This document shows, one piece after another, positions 1 to 12,000 of a stretch of DNA of 64,000 bases. Source of the DNA: Octopus bimaculoides (Eukaryota). How positions within the stretch are numbered: position 1 is the stretch's first letter; each line of letters begins with the position of its first letter. The notes beneath the pieces were generated by a model. It searched no databases and was not told the DNA's origin. It saw nothing but the letters and a program-made list of their open reading frames with translations. The DNA lies in the NCBI RefSeq assembly GCF_001194135.2, contig NC_068981.1:192534721-192598720 (forward strand), read 5' to 3'. A program made the translations under genes and the position numbers.

Positions 1-36
1 TCCACCAGAAGAATTATCGTAAGTTGAAGAGAACTA

Positions 37-335
37 TCACACACACACACACACACATACACTCTCTCTCTCTCTTACACACACTTTCACTTTCTCTCTC
101 TCTCTCTCACACACACACGCTCTTTCTCTCTCTTTCTCTCTCTCACACACACACTCACTCTCTCTCTCACAAATATTCTCTCTTTCTTTCTCTCTCTCAC
201 AGAGAAACAAATAGTCTAGTTCTTTCATACAAATACAGTTTATCTCTTTCTCTATCACACACACACAGCCTCTCTCTCTCTCTCTCCCCTTCTCACACAC
301 ACACACACACACATACACGTACACATACACACATA
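37..335. repeat. compound (CA)n/(CT)n microsatellite
   Basis: direct reading. Confidence 0.95.
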
Positions 336-667
336 CAGATATACATATGGTCAGATAACTATAGTTATAAGAACCAACAAGAGATTCACCTCATGGTCAT
401 TCTGCTCGACTCGGAGCCAAAGTTCCCTTAAAAAATCACACTACAATGTTTTACAAGAGAAAGGATACACAGGATAACATAGTTTGGGGGTTTTATTCCT
501 GAGAAAAAGGTAAAAAGAGACATAACCACAGATTGGTCCACACCATACAACTTTTTTCCTCATAACTTCCACAAAATTGCCTATTTTTTAACAAAAAATG
601 CAGCAGTAACATTTCATGAGTGGTGATTACAAAAAAAAATTTCTGAATTGTTCTCCATTTCTTTAAG

Positions 668-731
668 GTGTGTCTGTAAAGAGGGATATATTGGGAATGG
701 ACGTACAGAATGTATTGGAAATCTGGTCGTT
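668..731 (+). CDS. exon 1 (EGF end): [21 protein letters not shown]
   Basis: ctttaAG acceptor, GTAAGT donor at 732; phase 2 in, 0 out. Confidence 0.88.
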
Positions 732-1115
732 GTAAGTATTTTTTCTAAAAGGTTCTTAACATTCTACAGTAATTTACGTTGTATCCTTACTACTGTCCCT
801 TATCACCTTCTCCTCTTCTTGCTCCTTCCCGACCCCTATTTTCTTTCCTTTACTTCCCATTCTCAAACTGATATTTACTGTATCCACTTCTTAGCTGTTT
901 AAGAATCTATAAGTTAGAAAGAAATATGCACTCATATATTTGTCAATAGAGTGGGTATATCAATCAGTATTATATCTCCATTACGGCTGATCTTACCAAT
1001 CGGTTTTGCACAGGTGGTTCAACAAGATGTTAGGTAACAACATGATTATGTAACTCTGTGCTCTCCAGAGTTGGCTGTTATGGAAGGAAATATGGCATGT
1101 GTGTGCATGTGTACA

Positions 1116-1174
<59 letters not shown>

Positions 1175-3898
1175 AAAGTTAATATAGGCAGCAGTGTGCA
1201 ATGTTTTACCAAAAAGTAAAATTATAATTGTCACAAAATATGTGCTTTGACTACAACATTAGAACATTTTAGCTTTTATTTCTTGCAATGTAGGTGTTTC
1301 TAACACCCAGTCATATTTAGTGACAATTATAGTTTACCTTTTTGGTAAAAAATTGCAGACTACTATCTATATTAGTTTTCTGTATACACATTTGTGATTT
1401 GCTAAATCATTAGAAAATTACTATTTGTAAACCTCATAATGAGAGATATTCAGCAACAGTACTTTGGAGTAAAGATTGTTTGCCAACATAACATAGTAGT
1501 CCTGGTTTAGGACGAATGTTGCTGTAATTTAGCCCCAGGAGACATCGTCTCCAGCTGGCTAACCGAACAATTATTCTGTGTTGATGAAAGGAAATAACCC
1601 GGAAATCGCAATACACAGATATTGTTTTGAGCTGAGTGGAGGTGCTAGATTCCCTTGTTCGAAAATATAAGGACACAGATCATGTCATATAGCCAGCTGG
1701 AGACGATGTCTCCTGGGCTAAATTACAGCAACATTCATCCTAAACTAGGACTGCCATGTTATTTTGGCAAACAATCTTTACTCGCTAAATCATCTATAGA
1801 TTTTTATGTTGGAAACATATATACTGACAAAGAATTCAGTCCAGAATCAGCCAAAGTCAAGCAGTCCTTACTGACAAGGCAACGGAAATTTTCAAAACTG
1901 ACCAGTCAGTATAAGGAATTCTCAATCAGTTTTTTGGGGTGATTATAGTCCCTGTCAAGATATATGTATACAATTATGTGCTTTGACCACCACAGCATTA
2001 GAGCATTTTAATTTGTATTATATATACAGGGTGTTCCAAAAGTCTCTCTGCAGTAAATATTTCATTGCAAAATAAATATTTATAAGATGGTATAAGAATA
2101 AGACTACAGAAGAATATATTAGTCTTTACAAGACTTTAAAAAACTTTATAAGAGGTGTTGAAAGTGTCGTCCTTCATTTTGAATACATAAGTTGACTCTT
2201 TTACACATGTTTTGGAGAGTCTGACATGGTATGGACCATGTGAAGGTTATGATTGCGTCTTTTAGCTCATTAATAGTTTTTGGGCGATTCTTGTACACTG
2301 ATCCTTTACCTGCTCCCTAGAAAAGAAAGTCTGGCGGTGTTAAATCAGGTGATCTTGGGGGCCAAAGTCCCTTCAAAATAATCTGTTCACCAAAAAACTC
2401 TTGAAGTAGTGCCATGGTGATGCACGAAGTATGTGCTGTAGCTCCATCTTGCTNNNNNNNNNNNNNNNNNNNNNNNNNNNNNNNNNNNNNNNNNNNNNNN
2501 NNNNNNNNNNNNNNNNNNNNNNNNNNNNNNNNNNNNNNNNNNNNNNNNNNNNNNNNNNNNNNNNNNNNNNNNNNNNNNNNNNNNNNNNNNNNNNNNNNNN
2601 NNNNNNNNNNNNNNNNNNNNNNNNNNNNNNNNNNNNNNNNNNNNNNNNNNNNNNNNNNNNNNNNNNNNNNNNNNNNNNNNNNNNNNCCCTGCTTGCGAAG
2701 ACCTGTTGAGGCAAGTGAAATCAAAATCGAATCAAATTTGATGACTGGCACCCATGCCAACCTTCTTTAATTGGACACTAAACTCTTCTTGTGAAGACCT
2801 GTTGGGGCAAGTGAAATTGTAACTGAACCAAATTCGATGACTGGCACCCGTGCCAGTGGAGCGATAACAGCACCATCCGAGAGGGATCACTGCCAGAGCA
2901 GCAGTCTCGCTTCCATGCCGGTGGCATGTATTAAGCACTATTTGAGTGCGATCGTTTCCAGCTTCGCATTACTGGCACTCGTGCCGGTGGCATGTGAACA
3001 AAACATTCGAACGAGGTCGTTGCCAGCACTACTGGACTGACTCCTGTGCAGGTGGCATGTAAAAACACCATTTGAGCGTGGCCGTTGCCAGTACCACCAG
3101 ACTGGCCCTCATGCTGGTGGCATGTAAAAGCACCCACTACACTTTCGGAGTTAGGAAGGGCATCCAACTGCAGAAACTCTGCCAGATCAGATTGGAACCT
3201 GGTGCAGCCATCTGGTTCACCAATCCTCAGTCAAATCGTCCAACCCATGCTAGCATGGAAAGTGGACGTTAAACGATAATGATATATAGTTGAAATTTAC
3301 AGAAAAAAAAATGACGAAAACAGGTAATAAACAACAAGCAGGTGTATTAGTTTGATGCTCAGGAAGGTGAGAAAGTCTTTTATGTTTCGAGCCTATGCTC
3401 TTTTACAGAAAGGAAAACAAGGAAATAAACAAAGAGAGAATAAAAAAACTTGTGGAGTTAGCAGTCAATAATGGCGACTGGTTGGACAAAGGTAGTTAGA
3501 CAGGAGAGCTAGGAAGAAGGAGAGATGATAAAGTACATATGTATATACGTATTTATATGTGTGTGTATATGTATGTAAATGTGCATGTATGTATATACAT
3601 GTATAGATAGATATTGTAAATCTTAAATGATTTTAAAAATGATCTAACTTTTTAGCAGAATTATTATTTTTATCAATGTCACATTGATTGTAATTATGGA
3701 TTTGCTTGGGCCTCATTCCTGGCAAGTAATTCTGTTAATTCCTGCAAAATCTTATTTTAAGTGTAATAAAATCCATGTCAGATGCTAAAACACTTTGCTT
3801 TACTGTTAGAATATATATAAAAGAACATTGTAAGTAAGAGAAACGGTTTCTACATTCCAGACTTCATACTTAATCATCATCGTCATTGTCGTCGTCAG

Positions 3899-3929
<31 letters not shown>

Positions 3930-5754
3930 GTTTAACGTCCGTTTTCCATGCTGGCATGGGATGACTGAAGTCTAGAGAGCCAGGAGGCTTCACCAGGCTC
4001 CAATCTGATCTGGTAAGGTTTCTACAGCTGGATGCCCTTCCTAACGCCAACCACTCCAAGAGTGTAGTGGGTGCTTTTTAAGTGCCACCGGCACAGGAGC
4101 CAGTCAGGTTGGCCTGGCATCAATCACATTCGGATACTGTTTTTTACATGCCACTGGCATGGGAGCCAGTCAGGGGGTACTGGTATTGGCCACATTTGGT
4201 TGGTGCTTTTATGTGCCATCAACATGGGAGCCAGTCAGGTGGACCTGGCATCGATCACGTTTGGATGGTGTTTTTACATGCCACCGTAACAAGAGTCAGT
4301 CAGGGAGCACTGGCCATAGCTACAATTTTGGTTTTACTTGACTCAACAGGTCTTCTCAAGCATATCATATCGCCCGATGCATCAAGGGCACTCTTAAATG
4401 GGCCGGACATGCAACAGTAGCATCGGCCATGGCTGCGATCTCACTTTAGTTACCAGGTCTTCTTAATCACAGCATATTTCCAAAGGTTTCTGCTTCCTGT
4501 CATTGACTCTGTGAGGTCCAATGTTCCAAGGTCATGCTTCACCACCTCATCCCATATGTTCCTGGGTCTACCTCTTCCACAGGTTCCTTCCACAGGTTCC
4601 TTCCATAGGTTCCTTCCACAGGTTCCTTCCACAGTTAGGGTGTGGCACTTCCTCACACAGCTGTCCTCATCCATACACAACACATGACCATACCTATGCA
4701 GTCGTCTCTCTTACACACTACATTTGATGCTTCTTATGTACAACTTTTCTCTCAGGGTACTTACACTCTGTCATGTCTGTACACTGACATTACACATTCA
4801 GTGAATCATACTAGCTTCATTTCTTTCAAGCCTACACATGTCCTCAGCAGTCATGGCCCATGTTTCACTGCCATGTAGCATGGCAGTTTGCATACATGCA
4901 TCATACAGTCTACCTTTTATCCTGAGTGAGAGGCCCTTAGTTGCCAGTAGAGGTAGGAGCTCCCTGAACTTTGCCCAACCTATTCTTATTCTAGCGGCTA
5001 CACTCTCAGAGTAACCATCCCCACTACAGACTTGGTTGCCTAGGTAGTGGAAGCTATCAACTACTTCTAGTTTTTCCCCTTTGCATGTAATAGAATCTTC
5101 TGTGTTTATTGCCCCTTTGCATCTGCCACACACAAAAACTATCTTCCCAGTTAACCTTCTATGATAATAATGAAATCTGCCTTAATACCTTAACACTGAC
5201 CATATCTACACACTTAGTTTGTCTACAGAACCTATTTAGTTGTAATACACTCTATAACAGATTGCCTTGTTATTTTTATCATCGTTGTTGTCGCCATCAT
5301 CATAATTGCCAACATTGTTGTTGTCGTCGTCCTCCCCCATCTTCACCTCCCTATCATCATCAACATCATCAGCTTTTAATGTCCATCTTACATGCTGACA
5401 TGGGATGAACTGAGAGGATCTGATGAAATCCTCTTGGGCAATCCCTCAGGTTGATTCTCTTGAGTGGATTTGGCTGAAGAGAACTTAAAGGAGTCTGTTG
5501 TGGATACATGTTCGTGCATGTATATTTGTGTGTGTGTGAACACACGCATCTGTGCTTCTTTGCTTTGACATTGTATGATAGTTGTAAACGAGTATCACAT
5601 GGAGAAATAATAGCTTGCTTGGAAAAAGATAAGGGTTGACAACAAGAAGGGCATCAGGCCATAGAAAGATTTGCCTCAACAGATTCCATCTAACTCATGC
5701 AAGCATGGAAAGCGGACGTTAAAACAATGATGGTGATGAAGACGGTAATGGTGG

Positions 5755-5793
<39 letters not shown>

Positions 5794-8700
5794 GGATGAG
5801 GATGATGATGATGACGATGACGATGACGATGACGATGGCGATGATGATGATGATAGTGCTGAATTTGCTGCAATTAAACCTTGTTTTCTAAAAAATCATT
5901 CTTCATGCTTTCTTTAGTTTCTTAAATATTCACATTACCATTAAGACATGATTCTTGTTCAGGTAACAATTTTTTATTTCTTCATAGCAAATTGCAGACA
6001 TGAATGATGAAGACGATATTGGTAAGAACAGGTTAAATAATTTCCTAATGATGCTGCAAAAAGTCTACAAAGGTGAATTAACGAAACACGGGAATTACAC
6101 AGTCTTTGTGCCATTAGATCGTGGCTTTAGTAACTTGCTTCAGGACACTACTGTAAGTAAGCTTTCAGACATTATTACTTATAATCATATTTCTCTCTTC
6201 TCTCTCTTTCCTTCTCTCCACTCCCTTGTGTGTGTATGAATGTATATTTTCGCTCTATTTCTATATAAGTCACAGACCAGAGATTCAATTCCTGCATGGT
6301 ATTAATAATCCACAATAATGATGAAATATTGGTATCTACCCCTCTCGGATTCAATCCGAGGTGAGTTGTCTCACCTGGGGCATGGCATTCAGGTGTTTTT
6401 TAAAACTCAGCCTCGTGTAGAGAGCTATATCAGATGTTATCCTGCAGCAAATTTGGTGTATAAACAAAACACAAAACTTTGTTTATTATGGTATTATTAA
6501 AATTTGCTTATTATGATTATTTGGAATCTTTCCTGCTTGGCTGCACCTGTGGAAATTTTAATGTTTAGTGACAATTTTAAAATTTGATGTATTGGTGTAA
6601 ATTTCCATGCTGAATCTCAGGAGATACTTCACAGTTACAGAGGTTTAAATTCTGATTATTTTTACCTGGTGAGAAAACTGGATTTGGAAGTTGTCATTTT
6701 ATGCATGACAGCAAGTGTTGTGAACTGTAAACAAATGAAATATTGGCAGAATTCTGCTTTATGCATGTCTCATATAATCCCTCATATTGGTTTTTTTTTC
6801 TGAATTTTCAGAAAATTTTTGTGAATTTGTATTCTACACATGGGAATTCATATAATTATGCAAAAGCAAAAAAAAAAAAAAGTTTACATGTGTGATTTAA
6901 GGCCGATTTAGCTGTTATATCTCATACCACATGTGTTTTAGGTATCTCTTGCTGCATGTGTTTTAAGCATTTAATAAGTGACAAAAAGAACACATGGTAA
7001 ATAGCTTGGTAACAGCTTGGTTTGTTACCAAAGAAATAGGCACCTATATGTCTGTGACTAAAATTACTCAAAATTTGCAAACTTTAAAAAGCTGTTAACT
7101 CTTTATTTATTGATTTATAGTGAAAAGGAATATCATGTCAATGATAACTTTACAAAACTACACCAATATACCAAATATAAAATCAAATGGAACAAAAATT
7201 GAAGAAACTGAAAAGTGCCAACCAAACAGAAAAGATCTGTTATTTGTTTATCACAGCATTATTCTCATTAAATTCCAATCTAACATGTGTTTCTGCTGGA
7301 ATTTAATGAGAGTAATACTATAAAAACAAATTTTGAAGATGTATAATTCTCCATTCTTGTTTGTGATGTCTTGATTTTATACAGTGTATGCTGTGTGAAA
7401 TCCAGTGAAGTGAACTTGGGAGTTACTTATTGAGTGAAGTACCATTTAATTGTTTATCATTAGCAATTCTGTACATTCCCTGTCATTCGATGTGGTTTGC
7501 GAGATCTAGATTATATCAGAATGCTAATAAGGTATCTACTGAGATTCCAAATCAGTTTTCACTTCAAATTTTATGTAAACTGGCCTTGCAAACAGAGTTG
7601 GTACAGAAACAATTGTAAATGATCATTAAAGATGTGTTAAAGTATTTCTTTGTCTTATTATTTGGATTACACACACACACCCACACACACCCACACCCAC
7701 ACACCCACACACGTGTAATATATATATATATATATATGAGAATAAGTTAGTAACTGTTTCATAAAGTGGTCAATGAGATGGAAAGTTTGCTGACTCATAT
7801 TTGACTCATATTTGAAAAAAAAAAATGATTATTAAATATTAAGATATTCACTTTAGGATGATTTAATTTCAGAGTAAAAATTATTTGCCTACATAACATG
7901 GCAGTCCTGGTTTAGGACGAATGTTGCTGTAATTTAGCCCCAGGAGACATCGTCTCCAGCTGGCTATACGACACAATCTGTGTCCTTATATTTTCAAACA
8001 AGGGAATCTAGCACCCCCACTCACCTCAAAACAATATCTGTATATCGCGATTTCCAGGTTATTTCCCTTCGTCAGCACAGAATAATTGTTTTGAGCTGAG
8101 TGGGGGTGCCAGATTCCCTTGTTCGAAAATATAAGGACACAGATCGTGTCGTATAGCCAGCTGGAGACGATGTCTCCTGGGGCTAAATTACGGCAACATT
8201 CATCCTAAACCAGGACTGCCATGTTATGTAGGCAAATAATCTTTACTCCAAAGTACTGTCGCTGAATATCTCTGGTTGTGAGATTTAAAGATAGTAATTT
8301 TCTGATTTAATTTCAGTTTAGCCAGTTTCTGGAAAATTCAGACCATGTAAGACAAATTCTACGCCAGCACATTTTTCCCGTAAGAGTGTATATAGATGAT
8401 CTCACAGACAACATGTTCTACACATTACAAGGAAACTTTGCCCGCTTCTTTTACAAGGTAAAACAAAAATCTAGTTTTCAATCTCTGATCAGAATATTGA
8501 AAGTAACACATCTTGAAATGTATAGTATTTGAAAACAAAGGCTATAAATCCAGATATGCTTAGTATATGGAAGTTGTGAGGCTCATGCATTTTTGAAGAG
8601 GAGTAAATTGTCATTCTATACAAATGTAATGAGTGTTTCATTGGCATAAAATTACCTTTCTCCTGCAAAAGTTCTGTGCTATTTTGGTGATTCTGGAGCA

Positions 8701-9018
8701 AGGTTTTCTTCTTAACCCTTTTGATACTAATCCAGCTGAAATCGCCTCTGGCTCTGTAGTACAAATGTCTTGTTTTCATTAAGTTTTGAATGGAAATCTT
8801 CCACCAAACCTTAGTCACAATTTATGTTCCTAACACTAGCTGAATGATAACTCAGTTATTTTACTAAATTTTTTCTTATATTCAAAAGTAATTGAAAGAA
8901 ACACAGAACATCTCAACAGAAATATGGTAACAAAAGAATTAAAGCTTATATAATAGTATATGTATATGCATATATGTATGGATGTGAGGGTTTGTATTTG
9001 TGTTTTTTTGTCCTGATG

Positions 9019-9070
<52 letters not shown>

Positions 9071-12000
9071 TTAACTTCCGCTTTCCATGCTGACATGGGT
9101 TGGACAGTTTGACTGAGGACTAACAAGCCAGAAGGCTGCACCTGTCCTGTCATACAAGCAGTGTCATTCATTTCCAATATTCTGCAAGAACATGTCTGGC
9201 CAGGGGATAATATTACTCTGCTTGGAAACAAGTGAGGGTTGGTAACAGGAAGAGCATCTGGCAGTTGAAAATCTGTCTCAATAAAATCCATCCAATCCAT
9301 GCAAGCATGGAAAAGAGGATGTTAAAACAATGAGGATGACAACGACAATGGCAATGATGATGATGATGATGAGGATGATGATGATGATGATAATAGGATC
9401 ATCTGATGCTGTTGGGAAGGAGAGAGGAAGCTATTTTCGGGCTGAAGATGTACTGCAAATGCTTGCTACAGAGTAGACCCTGTTAAATATACTAAAGGTA
9501 GTGATGGTATTAAACTGGGTGACAAATTCAGTTGACCACCCCAAAACAGAATTGGTCACTCATAAGATTTGGGTCACTCTGAGATTGCAGTAGAAGATTT
9601 TTGCCCAAAATAGTATGCCATATGATAGAACTCAAACCATGAGATTTGGAAACGAACTTCATGCCTACACCTAAGTTATAAACTCCAGAATATAAATGCA
9701 TGTTGGTCTGTTATTATTTGTATTTCTTTCATAAATATACATAATTGTTGCTTCAGACACGAGGAAGAATTTTATTTCATCCAAGAATATTTAGAACAAG
9801 AGCTCCAAAGTTTTCCATGATTTTAGTAAGAAATATGCCCAGAAACATATAGAAGTATTTGAAAATATATGTTTCAAACATTATGATAATAAAAGCTGCA
9901 TTTATATATCATGTGCTGAAATGAATATTTAAATCTAAGAGAATATTAAAGCTGTGTATCTTTTTGATGAATCTATTGATTTTAGAATCTCTGCTTCTCA
10001 TTCTAGGGTAAAAAACTAATTCTAAAATTCCAAGGTTCAAGCAGGCGAAGTCGTGTGCTTAGTATTTATCGTGATATTAGAGCCTCAAATGGACTGATCC
10101 ATATCGTCAACAACCTTATGATGAATGAGCCAGAAATACCAGGAAATCTCTATGTAAGTTGAATTTATATTTATTTTAAATGTATGATTACCTTTGATGT
10201 AACTTCAATAATTACTCTGTGCTGGTGCCACATAAAAAGCATCCATGCTGGTGCCACACAAATAGCACCTGTGCTGGTGCCACATCAGAAGCACCTAGTA
10301 CACTCTGTAAAGGGGTTGGCATTAGGAAAGGCATCCAGCCATAGAATCCGTGCCAAAACAGACAATCGGATCTTGGTACACCTCTCCAACCTGCCAGCTC
10401 CTGTCGAATTGTCCTACCCATGCCAGCATGGAAAACGGAGGCTATTGGATGATAATGATGAATCAGTAATACTGGCAAGGAAAAAAAACATATGAGCCAG
10501 TGTGGGAGTATCTATGAAATAGTTGCCAAGTCTCCCTCAAATCACACAATTTGATGTAGGAATGGAATTCCCTGTGTGATGTGTCAGCCATGGCTTATTA
10601 TGTTATTAAAATGAAGTTGATTACGATGGACCAAAAGAGAAGAAATTTGAAAATATAGCACAGAAAAACAACAGTTGTGTCAAAATATTCATAGTCACAA
10701 AAATGTGGTAAAGTTCATATTAACAGAAAAGCTCACAAGAAAAGAAATACAGAATTAACAGCATCCATTGAAATTCCAGGATTATTTTGAAAATTTTAAG
10801 ATGGAACTGTACATTTTTCTACAGCATTTGATTCATGAAATGGTGTAAAAATCCTCTTAGGTAGCATTTTTTTCAATTGCATCGACTTGCTATAAAAGCA
10901 GATAGTAAATTTACCTTATCCTTATTCTTAAAGAAAGTTCTGGAGAGTGCAGTTCAATTTTAATAGTTATTTTTTCAAAGCTATAATGGAAGTAATAATG
11001 GTGTATATTTGGCATATTTTGCTTTATGAGTTCAATAAAGGCAACAACACAATGGAAAGTGCAAGGAATATTAATGCAGTATATGAGGAACGGACAATAA
11101 ATGTAAGCCAGTCTCAACAGTGGTTCCAGAAATTCTGAGCCAGAAACTATAGCCTCAAAGACAAGCCTCATCGTAGAAGATCTGTAGAGCTCAATGAGGA
11201 CGTCCTGCGAACCCTGGTGGAACAAAATCCCATCGTAACTGTTGAGGAATTAACAGAGAAGCTTGGATTTGGTCATTCAACCATTCATTGACACCTGTGT
11301 GCCATGGGAAAAGTCAGCAAATTGGGTCAGTGGGTTCCTCACAAACTTTCTGAGTCTAATCACAGGCAGAGAGTGAATGTGCTCTTCTTTGCTGTAACAT
11401 CTCATGAATGAACCCTATTTGGACGGAATAGTGAATGATTATGAGAAATGAGTTCTCTATAAAAATGTCAAGCGCTGAAGACAGTGGGTAGGTGTTGTTA
11501 TCTGTTTGGTGGGATAGGAAAGGTGTAGTCCACTTTGAAGGTAAGGTACAAGAAGCCAGGTCTGGTTGGTTTGAATATAAAACAGGTGGAATATTTTGAC
11601 CAGATATGACCAGTTTAAAAGGCTAAAAAGTTAATCACACTATCTACTTACAGCTGTTCTTATTTTCCAGTCTTGGAGGACTGTCTATTTCACAGAACAC
11701 TGTCCATTTAAAAATCTTCAAACTTTACATGAATGCCAGGACTTTTGATGATGATTGCTTTTATCTAACCAACATATGTTTTCTGAATAAAACAATCAAT
11801 TTTTATATTGTAGCAAGATTTCGTGACTTTCATCATGGGGCATTCTGACTTCCAAGAATTTGGATCCTGGATTACGGTAAGTTCAATCTATTCTAAGGGA
11901 AAAGGTTTGGCTCATCTTAAATGGGGATGAAAGGTTTTTTTCCAGGTTACACAGGGGAAAATATCTTGTACATGTTCACTTAGCATGCTAGAAATAGTTA

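Noticed and set aside
24-431. Low-complexity ORFs (poly-HT, CV, YI, H, I), here and at 5676, 23285, 27703, 35917-36495
   Set aside because: Translations of microsatellites, with no splice or domain support.
6344-6376. Two adjacent small hairpins CTCGGA/TCCGAG and AGGTGAG/CTCACCT
   Set aside because: Stems of 6-7 bp, single occurrence, no recognisable RNA motif; plausible by chance.
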